Source of the DNA: Botryllus schlosseri
Lineage: Eukaryota
DNA: 64,000 bases
Direction of reading: 5' to 3'
Assembly (NCBI GenBank): GCA_051294905.1
Contig: CM119383.1
Location: forward strand, 11,656,001-11,720,000
Positions 36,501 through 46,915 of the stretch are shown one piece after another. Position 1 is the first letter of the stretch. The number at the start of each line of letters is the position of its first letter. The notes under the pieces are model-generated. The model saw nothing but the letters and a program-made list of their open reading frames with translations, was not told the origin of the DNA and did no database searches. The position numbers and the translations under genes were made by a program.

Positions 36501-38028
36501 GGACGCCACTCGATGACAAGGTCCGAACGTGATAAGAGCTTCCGTTTTCTGAAATCAAATATTGATCAAGTGAACATTGTGCATGTCTTTATCGGATAAA
36601 AATATAATCTGATGATTATTGATTATAATTATTATTGACAGAGACACTGTGTATGTTTGTCTGAAGAATTTGAAGAGATTTGCACATATAATAATATCAG
36701 TTTCCATTCAACATACAGAAATATAATGATACTGAAGTACTTGTAGAGATGGAGATGTAATAATTCTACACACTGTTTAAATCCAATATGTAGGCCTACC
36801 ACACCAAGACGACAATAATTGTCAAAATCGCTATTAGGGTCAAGAAGAGAAGCTACACAAAAATCACAAAGTTTACCAAGTTCGTGCAATCAATAGACCA
36901 ATGCACTATAAAGCATTTTTTCTGCAGTATTACCACAAATGATAGTTATATCGGAAATATAACCAAGATTTTAATACGAAATCCGGAAAATTTATTCACA
37001 TTTTTCATATTACACAAGACAGACCGCCATACATTGAATGCAGAGCTTGATACCGTCACATCTTTACCATGGTTGATACGCAAAAAATGAAACATAGAAG
37101 TTATTACTTGAGTAGTTTCAAAAGAACAGGGAAAAATATCTCCAGAAGCGACCCTTCCACATTTGGCATCGTGATCAGTTCAATGTACAACTTCACGAAT
37201 AGAATGTGATCTTCCTTGGAAAACTTCAGTCCATACAGTCGGATATATCTGGATGAGAAATGCCAGTATAAAATGGTAGAAGGAAAAACTTAGCGAGATA
37301 AGGCAATAGAAATTTGTTGATGTAATTATTTGAAGAGATTCTTAGAGGTACAGAACTTCAATATACAATTGAATAGTAGGCTATGTTCATATTGTAATGA
37401 GTCATCAGCAACTAGTAGAGAATTGAAAATAAGATTGTATATATATCAGCAATCGACCAATCGTATCGCAAAATATAATTTATGCAGATCAACACAACTG
37501 GAGGCAGTTAGTAGTGTCCTTAACAGTAATTTTCAACTATTTGCGATACTCAAATCTTGCGATTTTGCCTATTCCTCCAGAGTACCGGTATGTCTTATCT
37601 GGCGAACACAAAATATTTTTATGGTTTGTGTTGAATTCGATGTTATTAATTAAAGAAACAGGATAGGAATAAAACAAAATATATAGATGTATGCTAGATT
37701 TTATCTTAACATCACGGATATTATTAGTAATAGTAACAGTGTTACCGTAAGCAGAAAGAACACAAGTGGTCAATTCTTGAATAATATATTATGTCACTTA
37801 CTTCAACAGTTGTTTTGACCAATGCGTGACACCGGGTCTGAGTTCTTTTGCCAAGACTGATCTTGGAAGGTTATATTTGATAAGTGACAGTGCAACGCTC
37901 GACTCATTGTCAATTTCCGAACTGTAAGGCAGCAAATTATTGTAAATGGTTTCCGATTGGGGTCGGAAACCAAGTATTTTTTCTCTTTTCTCATCACATT
38001 CTTCTTCCATCAGATTATCTTCATCCAT
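578..38028 (-). CDS. PSME4: Proteasome activator complex subunit 4 (PA200/Blm10), complete, 37 coding exons, about 1867 aa
   Basis: Manually spliced exons in transcript order: 37802-38028, 37108-37248, 36387-36548, 35833-36049, 34688-34762, 34496-34618, 33971-34066, 33359-33451, 33128-33300, 31834-32020, 29867-30021, 28956-29121, 27003-27171, 25811-25913, 25578-25752, 25311-25457, 24358-24464, 23363-23543, 22516-22635, 22298-22456, 21945-22101, 20327-20502, 19494-19672, 15874-16085, 11915-12141, 11732-11857, 10076-10228, 7597-7701, 7413-7523, 6758-6870, 5475-5659, 3494-3660, 2806-2934, 2582-2737, 1012-1174, 780-913, 578-712. Total 5604 nt with consistent phases. Translations follow vertebrate PSME4 collinearly: [118 protein letters not shown]. 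The exon 16 donor (25310) and exon 35 donor (1011) are the least certain. Confidence 0.96.
1677..2535 (+). mobile_element. hAT non-autonomous element with transposase C-terminal remnant
   Basis: 8-bp TSD ctcatgag (1669-1676 and 2536-2543). TIR tagggcgattttttt (left copy tacagcgattttttt). Internal frame from about 2008 to 2232: [70 protein letters not shown], matching the hAT C-terminal PxTSxxVERSFS motif. Confidence 0.85.
3992..4530. mobile_element. hAT-type MITE (TIR tagggcaagttttt) with internal tandem duplication of about 157 bp
   Basis: TIR tagggcaagtttttg / caaaaacttgcccta. TSD atcataag / attataag. Many AAGTTGCA subterminal motifs. Two copies of the atccgtgcaaagttgc...gatttacg unit at about 4016-4170 and 4173-4328. 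Confidence 0.85.
5960..6480 (-). mobile_element. 5'-truncated Penelope-like retroelement: GIY-YIG endonuclease C-terminus plus terminal repeat, with an inverted terminal-repeat copy at the truncated end
   Basis: ORF 6164-6403 reads [59 protein letters not shown], which I recognise as the C-terminal endonuclease region of Penelope-like elements. The repeat at 5965-6130 is present inverted at about 6410-6480. Confidence 0.8.
7792..9966. mobile_element. hAT-type non-autonomous element (2175 bp) in PSME4 intron 27
   Basis: Perfect TIR tagggatggtgtgaac / gttcacaccatcccta. Perfect TSD cttattat (7784-7791 and 9967-9974). GTGAAC/GAACC subterminal repeats. Confidence 0.9.
8145..9320. mobile_element. 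hAT-type element (1176 bp) nested inside the 7792-9966 element
   Basis: TIR caggccgtgttattttt / aaaaataacacggcctg. Perfect TSD ctcatcgg (8137-8144 and 9321-9328). TTTGGCA subterminal repeats. A second left-end copy starts at 9206. Confidence 0.9.
10707..11650. mobile_element. hAT-type MITE (TIR cagtgttggga) with GACTCGAGTC subterminal arrays
   Basis: cagtgttgggat / atcccaacactg. Perfect TSD ctaatatg (10699-10706 and 11651-11658). Confidence 0.9.
12554..12954. mobile_element. GACTCGAGTC-family MITE (TIR cagggttgta), right end abutting the Kolobok-like element
   Basis: Starts cagggttgtac and ends gactcgagtcattacagcc. Internal sequence is shared with the copies at 38790 and 49402. No TSD recovered. 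Confidence 0.75.
13726..14277 (+). pseudogene. KolX-like (P2X7 cytoplasmic ballast/nanor-like Cys-rich domain) pseudogene
   Basis: Motifs in order: [28 protein letters not shown] (from 14002), CITEHDDF after a frameshift near 14095, [18 protein letters not shown] (about 14225-14277). Probable 60-nt GT-AG intron at 13897-13956. Confidence 0.75.
14530..14845 (-). pseudogene. Kolobok transposase C-terminal remnant
   Basis: Minus-strand [34 protein letters not shown] followed by [26 protein letters not shown]. This resembles the recalled C-terminal pattern of Kolobok transposases (..PxKEELVxxHxSR). No catalytic core seen. Confidence 0.55.
16225..16460. repeat. Inverted pair of Penelope-like terminal-repeat fragments containing hammerhead-like cores
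   Basis: catattgaaatgaacccgaatattttcggctaacactcgtcag (about 16240-16282) is inverted relative to ctgacgtgtgtcagccgtaaaatattcgggtttatctcaatacg (about 16362-16405). Same family as 5965-6130. Confidence 0.75.
16250..16290 (-). ncRNA. Candidate minimal type I hammerhead ribozyme
   Basis: Minus strand reads CTGACGA gtgttagcc GAAA ATAT TC gggtt. Both core boxes are intact, the stem III loop ATAT is palindromic, and the predicted cleavage is after UC (16257). The 5' arm of stem I is mutated in this copy. Confidence 0.5.
17743..19433. mobile_element. hAT-type non-autonomous element (1691 bp)
   Basis: Perfect TIR cataggcgctgaactc / gagttcagcgcctatg. Perfect TSD ctgcagag (17735-17742 and 19434-19441). 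GGTATGC/GCATACC subterminal motifs. Confidence 0.9.
22810..23355. mobile_element. GACTCGAGTC-family MITE, diverged copy ending about 8 nt from the PSME4 exon 18 donor
   Basis: Starts cacggttgtaaccaagtcac and is collinear with the 38790 copy. No TSD seen. Confidence 0.75.
23816..24103. mobile_element. GACTCGAGTC-family MITE, internally deleted (288 bp)
   Basis: cagggttgtaacc ... cattataaccttg. TSD ctgctaag / atgctaag. Confidence 0.85.
24713..25247. mobile_element. hAT (Buster/Charlie-like) MITE
   Basis: TIR cagtgtttcctaaa / tttaagaaccgctg. Perfect TSD cactaggc (nnnTAnnn). GGGTCGCG subterminal motifs. Confidence 0.85.
26239..26634. mobile_element. GACTCGAGTC-family MITE (396 bp)
   Basis: cggggttgtaatg ... 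ggttacaaccctg. Perfect TSD agttgaaa (26231-26238 and 26635-26642). Confidence 0.9.
27365..28221. mobile_element. hAT-type MITE related to the 3992-4530 element, opposite orientation, longer interior
   Basis: tagggcaagtttttgc ... aaaaacttgccaca. TSD attattac / atcattac. Confidence 0.8.
28310..28928. mobile_element. Foldback (near-perfect palindromic) hAT-type MITE, 619 bp
   Basis: tagggtggttcaaaaataacc ... ggttatttttgaaccacccta. The arms are reverse complements over about 300 bp, with a centre near 28610-28630. Perfect TSD cctaacaa (28302-28309 and 28929-28936). Confidence 0.92.
30378..31777. mobile_element. Old TIR element of about 1.4 kb, superfamily unassigned
   Basis: About 100-bp imperfect inverted repeats: cactggtcaacac...caaattggctct (30378-30480) versus agagccaatctgac...gttggccagtg (about 31667-31777). 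No clear TSD. Confidence 0.6.
32110..32220 (+). repeat. Penelope-like terminal-repeat fragment
   Basis: ctctactagttgctgacgattac...ttgaagttatgtacctccaag, the reverse complement of the 5965-6085 repeat. Confidence 0.65.
32222..32990. mobile_element. Degenerate relative of the 17743-19433 element
   Basis: Starts cataggcgctg. Ends with ggtatgc/gcatacc motifs. A short internal stretch (about 32640-32690) resembles about 18150-18200. Right TIR not found. Confidence 0.5.
37340..37480 (-). repeat. Penelope-like terminal-repeat fragment with the hammerhead region deleted
   Basis: gaggtacagaacttcaatatacaattgaatag...catcagcaactagtagagaatt, matching 5968-6090. Confidence 0.65.
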
Positions 38029-38789
38029 TTCTCACTAGTAGTGAACGGTGCAACCAGTAACCAGTTACAGCCTAATACAAAAGACTTCTATATGAAAACA
38101 CCATCAGTACAGTGATTTCCAGTAGATTTTAAGGCGAAAATACAATGAAACAGTAATCTTGTAGTTGGCGAACATGCAGCAGTCACGAAAACGCTATATA
38201 ACACCCGAATTCGAATAATGAAACGGATTGTTTGGCGACTTCCATCATGATATTTCGTTCACGGCAGCCAATCGCAGCTGCTGGGCTGCACTCCACTGCC
38301 TAATGTGTGGATGAACATGCAGAGTCACGGTTACTTTTACGCTGAGTCATCAGCTTATTCACTCGTATTTGTTTCTTACTTCATTATGTCGCAAGCGCAA
38401 CTTTATGGCGCGTTCTGGAACGACTGTATTTGTATAGTCTCTATAGTTCAATATCCATTGTCCTTTGGACTCCTTCCTATCGTTTCTCTGTATCGGAATA
38501 ACCTTGTGGTGTTTTGAAATGACGAAAGTATTAACAAACTGAACTGACCTTGTTATTAACGAATGAATGTACCAGATTCGGGTTTATTCTGTTCCACAGT
38601 TCAGGTCAGTTTTTTTAATCATCATGACACTGGACAATAGACATTTTTGACTACTCCCAGATTCCCGTCGACACACTATGCCGCAGTCGTAGACCAACTA
38701 TTAGACTTGAACCGAGAAGAGCGGGCGTGATATTCAACTTCGTGAAGATATGTAGTTATGACGGATTTTCAGCTCAGTTCAGTTTCTTA

Positions 38790-39374
38790 CAGGGTTGTAA
38801 CAAAGTCACAAGGCTCCGAGTCACAAGTCAATCTCACTTTTATATTTTTGACTCGAGTCAAGTCGAGTCATTTTCAATTCCCACCGAGTCAAGTCCGAGT
38901 CCAAGTCAGCGAACAGAGGATCGAGTCCGAGTCATGGTATTATGACTCGAGTCCGAGTCCAAGTCATTGTGTTGACTGCTCAGTTTCCAGTTAAAGTCTT
39001 CCTAAACCCACTTTTTTAACTCTGTTGGGTGATATTGATCGAATGGTTCACATTTATAATATACCAATTTCCCTCACTTTTAGCAGTTTCAGGTCGCATT
39101 TTCAAGCATCAGTACCAACAAACGAAATCCCAACAGTGTGTTGGCTTCGAAATTACAATGAAATGTCGGTCTGAACTGTCTGAATCTCGAGTCAATGACT
39201 TGCTTCGAGTCATACGCAATGACTCGAGTCCAAGTCGAGTCAATACACAGATTGACTCGAGTCGAGTCGAGTCATTTCCGTTTGAGAAAATGACACGAGT
39301 CGAGTCGAGTCATCTGAAAACCGTGACTCGAGTCTGACTCGAGTCGAGTCATGACTCGAGTCATTACAAACCTG
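38790..39374. mobile_element. GACTCGAGTC-family MITE, full length (585 bp)
   Basis: cagggttgtaac ... cattacaaacctg. Perfect TSD gtttctta (38782-38789 and 39375-39382). Confidence 0.9.
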
Positions 39375-40244
39375 GTTTCTTATCAACAATTTCATCCGAT
39401 TAATACAATATATGATTGATATAACAATGAAAACAATCGGAAGGTATGGAAACAACATATTTGCGAATTGAATTTAGTGACTGGATAATCAAAAAGGTTA
39501 TAGTGCCTCTATCAGGACCTTACAGTGTTAAAATTGCCTCTGCTATGTCTATGGAGTTTTCATTGGCTGCCTATGATTCTTCGCCATTTGTCGGACTATT
39601 TATAGCTGGGGTCGGCAACCTTTTGTACGGTGGTAACGCAGCGTGTCAAAATATGTCAATATATCAAAATATTGGCGTGCGAAACATTAGTTTTGTCATA
39701 TTTACCGTCGCGAACTGAAGGAATCCAAACCAACCACATATCTGAAGCTGACAACGGCGATTCCAGTCCCTATGGTCTTATCAACATTGATCGTACCTGT
39801 CAACATGCGGCGATTGTTTTATTACAAGATTTTATCGCCGCCAATCATTTTGGCAGCGCACTTTATTCACGGAGTCGTGTTGCTTAAGACATGTCTTGGT
39901 GTCTATATTGAGCAATGCACAACCTTGAAGTATATATTATTATATACAAGCATCTTGACGGCCTCATTCGATATAAGACATCGTTCATTCATAATTGCTA
40001 ACACGGTCTCGGTCGGGCTCATTTCTGTATATTTTACATTGTTTTTCTTCATATGTTAAATGTTATTATATTTCTCAGGGGGGTGCCTACATTAAAATCA
40101 AGAAATCATGCACCAATAAATCGCGCGAAGCGCGGAGAAAATTTCAAGATGTATAAAATCTGTCCCACGTCCTGCTCTATCTTGACTTAGGAAATAATTT
40201 TGGGTCATCTTGATATCTATTTTTAATATTTCTGTTTTAAATAG

Positions 40245-40400
40245 CTTCTTGGAGGTACAGAACTTCAATATAGACTACAATTGAATAGCATATGCTATTA
40301 AACATATGCTGTATAGGCCTATTATTCATATTCAAATGAACCCGAATATTTTCGGCTGACACTGATCGTCAGGGGTAATCGTCAGCAACGAGCGGAGAAT
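40245..40400 (-). repeat. Penelope-like terminal-repeat fragment with hammerhead-like core
   Basis: Minus strand taccc CTGACGA tcagtgtcagcc GAAA ATAT TC gggtt (40339-40377). Stem I ACCC/GGGT is intact. There is a 3-nt insertion in stem II relative to the other copies. Confidence 0.7.
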
Positions 40401-41400
40401 TGGATTGGATTCTGTTTTACCAATGATATATGTTGCAACGGACCGTCTAAACGCACATTTCCTATCTCCGCCCGGTGCTGCGGGGCCTGCGAATATCGTA
40501 GGCCCCGGGTGCGGTTTCTACGCTCGTATTGAACTTCCCTCGAACTGTGATATAATAATATGATCTCTCAGTGGTGCGTGGGTTTTGGAACATATAAAGA
40601 CCAACGCATAATTGGTTTCCAGTTGGATGGATATCTATGTCATACCTTCAGCCCTCTCGCTCAGCGACATGGCAAGCACAGTCTTCTTTCCGCTTAGCGA
40701 ACAGTGCCCCTCAATTTCGATTATAAAGATACATGGATCATTATACTTTTTTCAAAACTCCCTATTGAGAAATCTTCATTAATTGCAATTTGAATAGGGA
40801 CTTGAAAGGAAGAAGCGGCATAGCTCTTTACCGAGCTATATGAACTTGTCTATTCAGCCGATCGATGCACATAAAATATTTCTTGCTGTCGCGTGTTTAT
40901 ACTGCCACCTCAATACCTCCATAGCTCTCCAAATTCACAGGCACAAGAAAGCAGCATGGGCAGAGTCAACAGTGCAACCATAGATCTGCGTGGGAAATAT
41001 TAATACATTCACCCATAGGTGTAGCCAGGGGCCAAAGGGGTCGTGCCTCCCACCTCCAAATTTTTCAAAAAATCTCGTAAATTAACACAAGGTGTGGAGT
41101 ATTTTTTAGCAGATGTATTCAACTTGAAATTTTGCTTCGCGCATTGCGCGATATATATTGTGTGTTGATTTTTAAATTGTTGAGTAGGCCTACCCGCCTT
41201 CCGACAACTAACAATGGAAAAAATGGGCCTGAATATAAATACGCTTGATATACAGAATGTAGGCTAATCTAATTGTATTCGTGTGTGCTGCTGCTGCCTG
41301 CGGTTGCGGGGTCAGTTTTTCGGCGCCAAAATACAAAAGGAAGATGAATAAGTTTTAACCAACACGAATAATTGCGATCCAACTATATTATAGATATAAC

Positions 41401-42709
41401 CAGCACCGTAACTGCCGCACCCCAAACCCCCCAATTGGGGGGGGGACGAGCTCGAAGGGGGCCCAAAATTATTTCGTGAATTAGCATGAATCATATTTTT
41501 TGAAAATTTATGCAATTTTTCAAAACTTTTTCGCGCGGTGCGCCAGTCATCTTTATTATTGGGTATTGGGCCATTAACGCGTCACGACCCACCAATGCAT
41601 ACAATCAAGTTTTAGGCCATATAACATGCGACTCCCAGAAGTGTGCCAGAACGATCGGCCGCGTGAGAACCTTTGGCCGAAAAGGTCTATGCCCTTATGC
41701 TGACCGAAGACTTCGTTATATAGCCTATACAAAATACATATAGGTTTAATTGTCCATAGGCGATTAAATGACTGGCGCCGAATGTCCCCGTCTTTGCAAT
41801 GTGAACCTCTCAAGACAAATATACCATCCCACTGGGAAAAATTTTATGCCAGTGAAGAAATACCAATTGGAAATCGTGTGCGTCTCTTAGTTTAGAACAG
41901 GGATAGATAAAACTATATCCCTGGTTTAGAAGCCTACGTTTGGGCGATTCTATATTTTTTGAAATAGCAGACTGGACGTCACGAAATAACATCATGTAGC
42001 GAAGTCATATCAACGGGTCCGCCCGCCCGAAGATGTTTAATTATTATTTGCGGGCCCTCTTGTTTTCAAGACACTTCACTCAGCTCTACCGGTAAATCTA
42101 ATTACGTGAGTATAGAGAGGACAATAAATTGATAGCACAATATATATGCAATCGCCGAACTGATTGACCGATTTTAGCATAAATTATCGAAACTTTTCGC
42201 GCTTGGCGCTGGCTCACAATACAGTACAGATGATTTCGTGACAAACGCGAACAACGTGATGGGGGGGGGGGGGGTCGTTTTATCACCCTATGGGAGCCCA
42301 AGACCCACGTTTTTGGGGCCAGACGAGGTGCTGTTTCGTTCCTGCCAACGGGTATACGTCCGAAGATGTTTAATTATTTTGAGTGGTCCTACCTTTTCAA
42401 ACACACCTCACACAGCTGTACCGGCAAATCTGATTACGTGAGCAGAGAGAAGATTAAAATTCATAACAATATGCAATTCCCGATCATACTGACCAATTCA
42501 ATCATGAATTCTAGAAATTTTCCGCGCTCCGCGCACAAAGGCGACAAAAGCTGATTCACTAAACAAAGTCCTAATGAATATGATAAATATAGCGGTAAAC
42601 AGTGTATTGCCAGAGGATGGTCTGGGGGGCTTCGCCCCCCAGAAGTTAGGTCTATAACCCTAGACCAAAGTTTTTGGGGGGCCTGACGAAGTTCGTTTCT
42701 ACGGCCCTG
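41401..42709. mobile_element. hAT-type non-autonomous element (1309 bp) with internal direct repeat of about 85 bp
   Basis: TSD gatataac (41393-41400 and 42710-42717). Imperfect TIR cagcaccgtaa / tacggccctg. Direct repeat ccgaagatgtttaattatt...attacgtgag at about 42025-42110 and 42360-42441. Confidence 0.7.
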
Positions 42710-42764
42710 GATATAACTATAAACTATGTAGATCACGTATGTCCGCCTAAAATCCAATCAACAC

Positions 42765-43005
42765 CTGATCTATTGATGTCACCTTCCATGACATATGTAC
42801 CCCTATTTTTTGTCGCTTGCTTTTTTCTATACTATATTCTTTTACTTTTCATTCAGTGTGCAATTGTGCATGTCTCCATCGCATAGGCCAAGGTGGGTGT
42901 CTGATTCCATATAGACTACTCCAAGTCGCTTCGACACCTTCCTATCTTTTTATTGTATCACATTTTTGTGGTGTATTGAACTGATAAAAATGATGATGAT
43001 GATTA
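42765..43005 (+). mobile_element. 3' UTR fragment of the L2/CR1-group LINE also present at 53850-54400
   Basis: Matches the reverse complement of 53900-54030 (ttttcattcagtgtgca, catcgc.ataggccaag.tgggtgtc, agactactcc). Ends in a (GAT)n tail. Confidence 0.7.
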
Positions 43006-43149
43006 ACACGTAAGCAATCAATCAATAAATCTTACGTGCGATACTCACTATCAGTAGTGGCTGACGCAACACTAAACAGAGCTACGCAAAGGCACGAAGA
43101 GATGATGAGATTATTGGATCACCCCACTCGGTTGCAAGGGCAAGCTCAG

Positions 43150-43400
43150 GCCATTCATACATAAATTTCGTGCAAGATAATGTAATGGTGATGCCTCCGG
43201 CTTCTTGATCGGTAGGACTATTGGTTCGATCCCGGCCGGATCAGACCAAAAACTCGAAAACTGATATCCGCGGCTATCCTGCTAGGCGCTCAGCATTCAC
43301 GCATGACATAAGGAGAAAAAACATGAATGCAGACTAGCAACTAGGTGACCTTACGATGGTGCAAGCGAAAATGAATATCATCTCTCTCTCTCTCTCTCTT
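43150..43400 (+). mobile_element. tRNA-derived SINE, possibly with a Meta-domain-like core
   Basis: B-box GGTTCGATCCC at about 43222, followed by ggccggatcagaccaaaaactcgaaaactgatatccgcggctatcctgctaggcgctcagcatt, which resembles a recalled conserved SINE core. (TC)n tail at about 43381-43399. Confidence 0.55.
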
Positions 43401-43433
43401 TGTCTCGATAAAGGACCTCAGTCAGGTGTTCAG

Positions 43434-43712
43434 TACTGATGACCATCGGGTCGGAGTGTATTCGGAGCGGAGTTTTCACTGGTTAAAATGGTATGATTGG
43501 CCATGAGCTATCTTAACCTAGGGATCTGGCAAGGCATTTTCGTAGAGCAGTGTCTGTAGTTCACACAATTGGAGTCTCCAAATATGGATGTTTCGGATAC
43601 TTGACGAGATTCTTCGGAGTATCTCGGAGTCTGGGATTGAGTTCTTCGGAGGGAGTTTTCCTCGGTGACTAAAGTTGTCGGATTCTAGATAAGCACTATC
43701 CGCTCATCACTG
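43434..43712. mobile_element. Small hAT-type MITE with CGGAGT subterminal repeats
   Basis: TSD gtgttcag (43426-43433 and 43713-43720). Degenerate TIR (tactgatgac / ctcatcactg). Confidence 0.6.
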
Positions 43713-43734
43713 GTGTTCAGTGGTTGGTTACTGG

Positions 43735-44039
43735 CAGAGATGGCCACACTCGTCCGGGGAGCCGGAGTATGAGTTCAGGATTTCATCCATTTTCAACGTA
43801 GCAGGACTGGCTCCGGATTTTATATTTGCGTTGGCGTCGCTGAGCTATTGGTTTGGTTTTGGTTAGCGTTCGGATTTTAGCCGGATTCTTCCGCTGATAC
43901 ATGAAAAATTTGTATGATTTTGGCCGGATTTTTCCGGACTCCGATGCGGCAATTCACGAACCGGATTTTTTCGTACTCTGAGTTTTCAATATCCAGCCGG
44001 AGCCGGATAAATTCGGATCCCGGAATTCGAGCATCTCTG
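43735..44039. mobile_element. Small hAT-type MITE with CCGGA subterminal repeats
   Basis: TIR cagagatg / catctctg. Perfect TSD gttactgg (43727-43734 and 44040-44047). Confidence 0.8.
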
Positions 44040-44679
44040 GTTACTGGTCAGTAAATCGAAATGTGTTTCAGCACTAGGTGTGCTAGCGCTGAAGGACGAG
44101 TTTTTACACAAATCGCAGTTTGTGCAGCTTCAAGTATAGATTGCGGCCTTGCATGATTATATGCAAAACCTTGAAGCAGGCTGTCTAGATTGCAGTATTT
44201 TTGCTGTCGTGGAATGTAATGTTATCTAGTTTCTTACGGAAGACCAGTTGAGCATATCAAGATTGTCGGTACTGGTCACGCTGTTTGATATACTGCATAA
44301 AATGAGTGAAACTGAAGACTTGCGCCACGGCATGAAAACTGACCGAACCAGAAAACTTGCCCCCACGTCGGAAAGTCCAGTCGAAGCTGATTTTCAAGTG
44401 AAATTCACAGGGTCAGTCAAGACGGCCTGGCTGGCTGCATTGAACGCACTTATACAAGTAAATGTTTAGCCTATTGATAAAATTTCATCACTTCAAAACA
44501 TCACAAGACTGCAATACAACGAATGACAGGAAAATGCCGAAACGACGAGGAGTGGTCTTCAGATCAGACAACCACCTGGGCCTAGCTAGGCGATATAAAG
44601 AGGCGGCAGGCACACCGAATGAAAGTAAAAAAAAGATAATATAATGTGGCCGGGCGATAAAATCGGGTGGCCAGTGACG

Positions 44680-45200
44680 AAAGGCGAGATCGTCCAGATC
44701 GATATGTCAGGTTGTGGTCCGGTAAATGGTGAGGGCTGACTAGTATTTATTCAGCAGAAATTGGTTGTATTTCGACTTGAATGTGGACATGCTCGATGAC
44801 TGTCGGATAGCCAGAGAGATACTGTTACACACTTCAGGTCCGGCATATTCGATAGAGCAATGATATTTTTATTCAACCTTATGATATAGTTACATGACGT
44901 GGATGCGCGTGTGTCTTATTTATTCACTTTTGATACCGAGGTAAAGAAGTCATTGAAGTTTTCATGGCAGTAGCCGCAGTGGAACTGATACATAAACTAG
45001 TTGCAATTTCTGGTTTCCGTATATCTTTTATGTTTGTGAAACCGAATTATTTGAGCAGTGATTTGTTTGACACACATCCTGGTCCCTTTGGGGCCCTGGA
45101 TATAATACGGAGGACCTGATGTTGTAGTTTTTGTAGCGGCTTCAGTGCAGTTTTACTGGCAGCACAATGACAGGCAAAGTTCGGTAGGCCTACCTCATAG
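44680..45200 (-). mobile_element. 5'-truncated L2/CR1-group (Crack-like) LINE 3' end
   Basis: Minus-strand AASKTALKPLQKLQHQVLRII, typical of the post-RT region. 44680-45040 is a diverged copy of 54020-54380. Confidence 0.75.
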
Positions 45201-45932
45201 CCAGACTGGAAACAGTGGTTGTTTTCAGCAATAAGTTGCGCTTGACAGAAGGGTTTCTTGCGTAGAATAATTAAGTAATTGAACGAAAAGTGGTGCATGA
45301 CGTTGCCAATAATTCCGCTATGACCGCGTTCAAGTACCCCGAAAGCATGAGAGGGAGAATTGTTTATTCAGTTTAGCAAACAAAAAGACAAATAGGCCTA
45401 CATGAAAACAAAAGACCGCCAAGCTTTGTGTACTACTGCAAAACTATCGCGAAGGGATCGGGAAATCAATGATTATTATCAAATCAGCTATACTGCCTGA
45501 ATATACAATTGTTGCATCATAGAAGTCTGCAATTACTTTGATTGCCCTAACATGAACAAAACAAAACTCGCCACCGGTCAGAAGATTGTACTCTGATAAA
45601 ATGTGAGGCGCTGTCATGTTTTGAGACCCTTTCGAACTTGGAAATTGAAAAATTTTGCATTTATGCTAGTGATGTTGGTAAGATGACATATTTTCCGAAC
45701 TTATCAACGTGATGGTTTCCATGTCACAGACGCCCTGGATGATCTCAATCATCTGGTATAGTGGCACTGATGGATTTTCACCTTGGAAATTTAGTCATTC
45801 TAGTGCTAGAGCCTATGGTGTTTATGCGGTATAATTTGATGAAACATAAATGATGTTGATCAACAATCCCTTGCAATGGTGCAAAACACAAATCCGGTTT
45901 CGGTCATGTTCCAGCTATATATACCTCTAAGC

Positions 45933-46607
45933 CAGGGGTGGCCAACCTGCGGTCATAGAAGGAAATTTGTGCGGCCGTGGACACGTAATTCAATTAGTAT
46001 GTGCAGGCAGCCATCAACATGCAATTTGAATTTATGAATTGCCGCGCGCGATTTGATGTGACTTCATTTTCCTATTTTAATATAGTAGCGCTCTTTGCAA
46101 TCAGAGCCCCACAGTACACATTCGAACAGCGGGGAAAATGATGCGCGTCATATAGAAATACCAACTCGGAATCGTGTGGTCCTCCCTATACCGACAATCC
46201 TGATGGGAGGTCAAGAAATTACAGAATGCAAAAAAGTGACTAATAACAATTGACCCAGCCGAAGATGCATCATCAACATCATTTATAACTTTCCCTAAAT
46301 TTTCGAAAACACACCTCCATCAACTCCACTTGTGAATCTGATTACATGGGCTGAGAAAGGATAAATGTTTGATAGTACTATGTAAAACTACTACCGGTAA
46401 CATTAATGCCGAAAATCTGAAAAAAATCACAATAACATTTCGAGTGACCACTCACAATTTCGGTGCGTATAGTAAGCCTATATGATTAAATACAATAGTC
46501 CGGAAATGGACATAGACAGTTTAACATGTGTATTTGGCGTCCAGCTACTTCATTACCACTATGCCGTGGAATGCGGCCGTGAATGGCAGAAAGGTTGACC
46601 ACCCCTG
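45933..46607. mobile_element. hAT (Buster/Charlie-like) MITE (675 bp)
   Basis: TIR caggggtggccaacct / aggttgaccacccctg. Perfect TSD ctctaagc (nnnTAnnn). Confidence 0.9.
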
Positions 46608-46915
46608 CTCTAAGCCTTGAAAAATACAATTTTATTGTGGAAACAATGACTGGCATTGGATGGCAGTACGGTGACTTATTATAAATGTATATTTTATTAT
46701 TTTGTTGCACCAGAGTTCTGTGCTTCAGCCTGCAATTCGCTATGAATTTTGCTTCAGTTTAATATTATCTAGCCGTGAATTTTTGCCAAAAGCACTGAAA
46801 TGTGGCTGGCTATTCGATTTAAGCAACACTTCAAGTATGTGATTCGATTTTGCCTTCCTAATACCTGTTCTTATGCTTAGGTAAATCGTGAAGCTAAGGC
46901 TAAATAAACTTGGTC

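Noticed and set aside
43180-43245. Functional tRNA gene
   Set aside because: A B-box is present, but there is no convincing cloverleaf or acceptor stem, and it continues into a SINE-like body.
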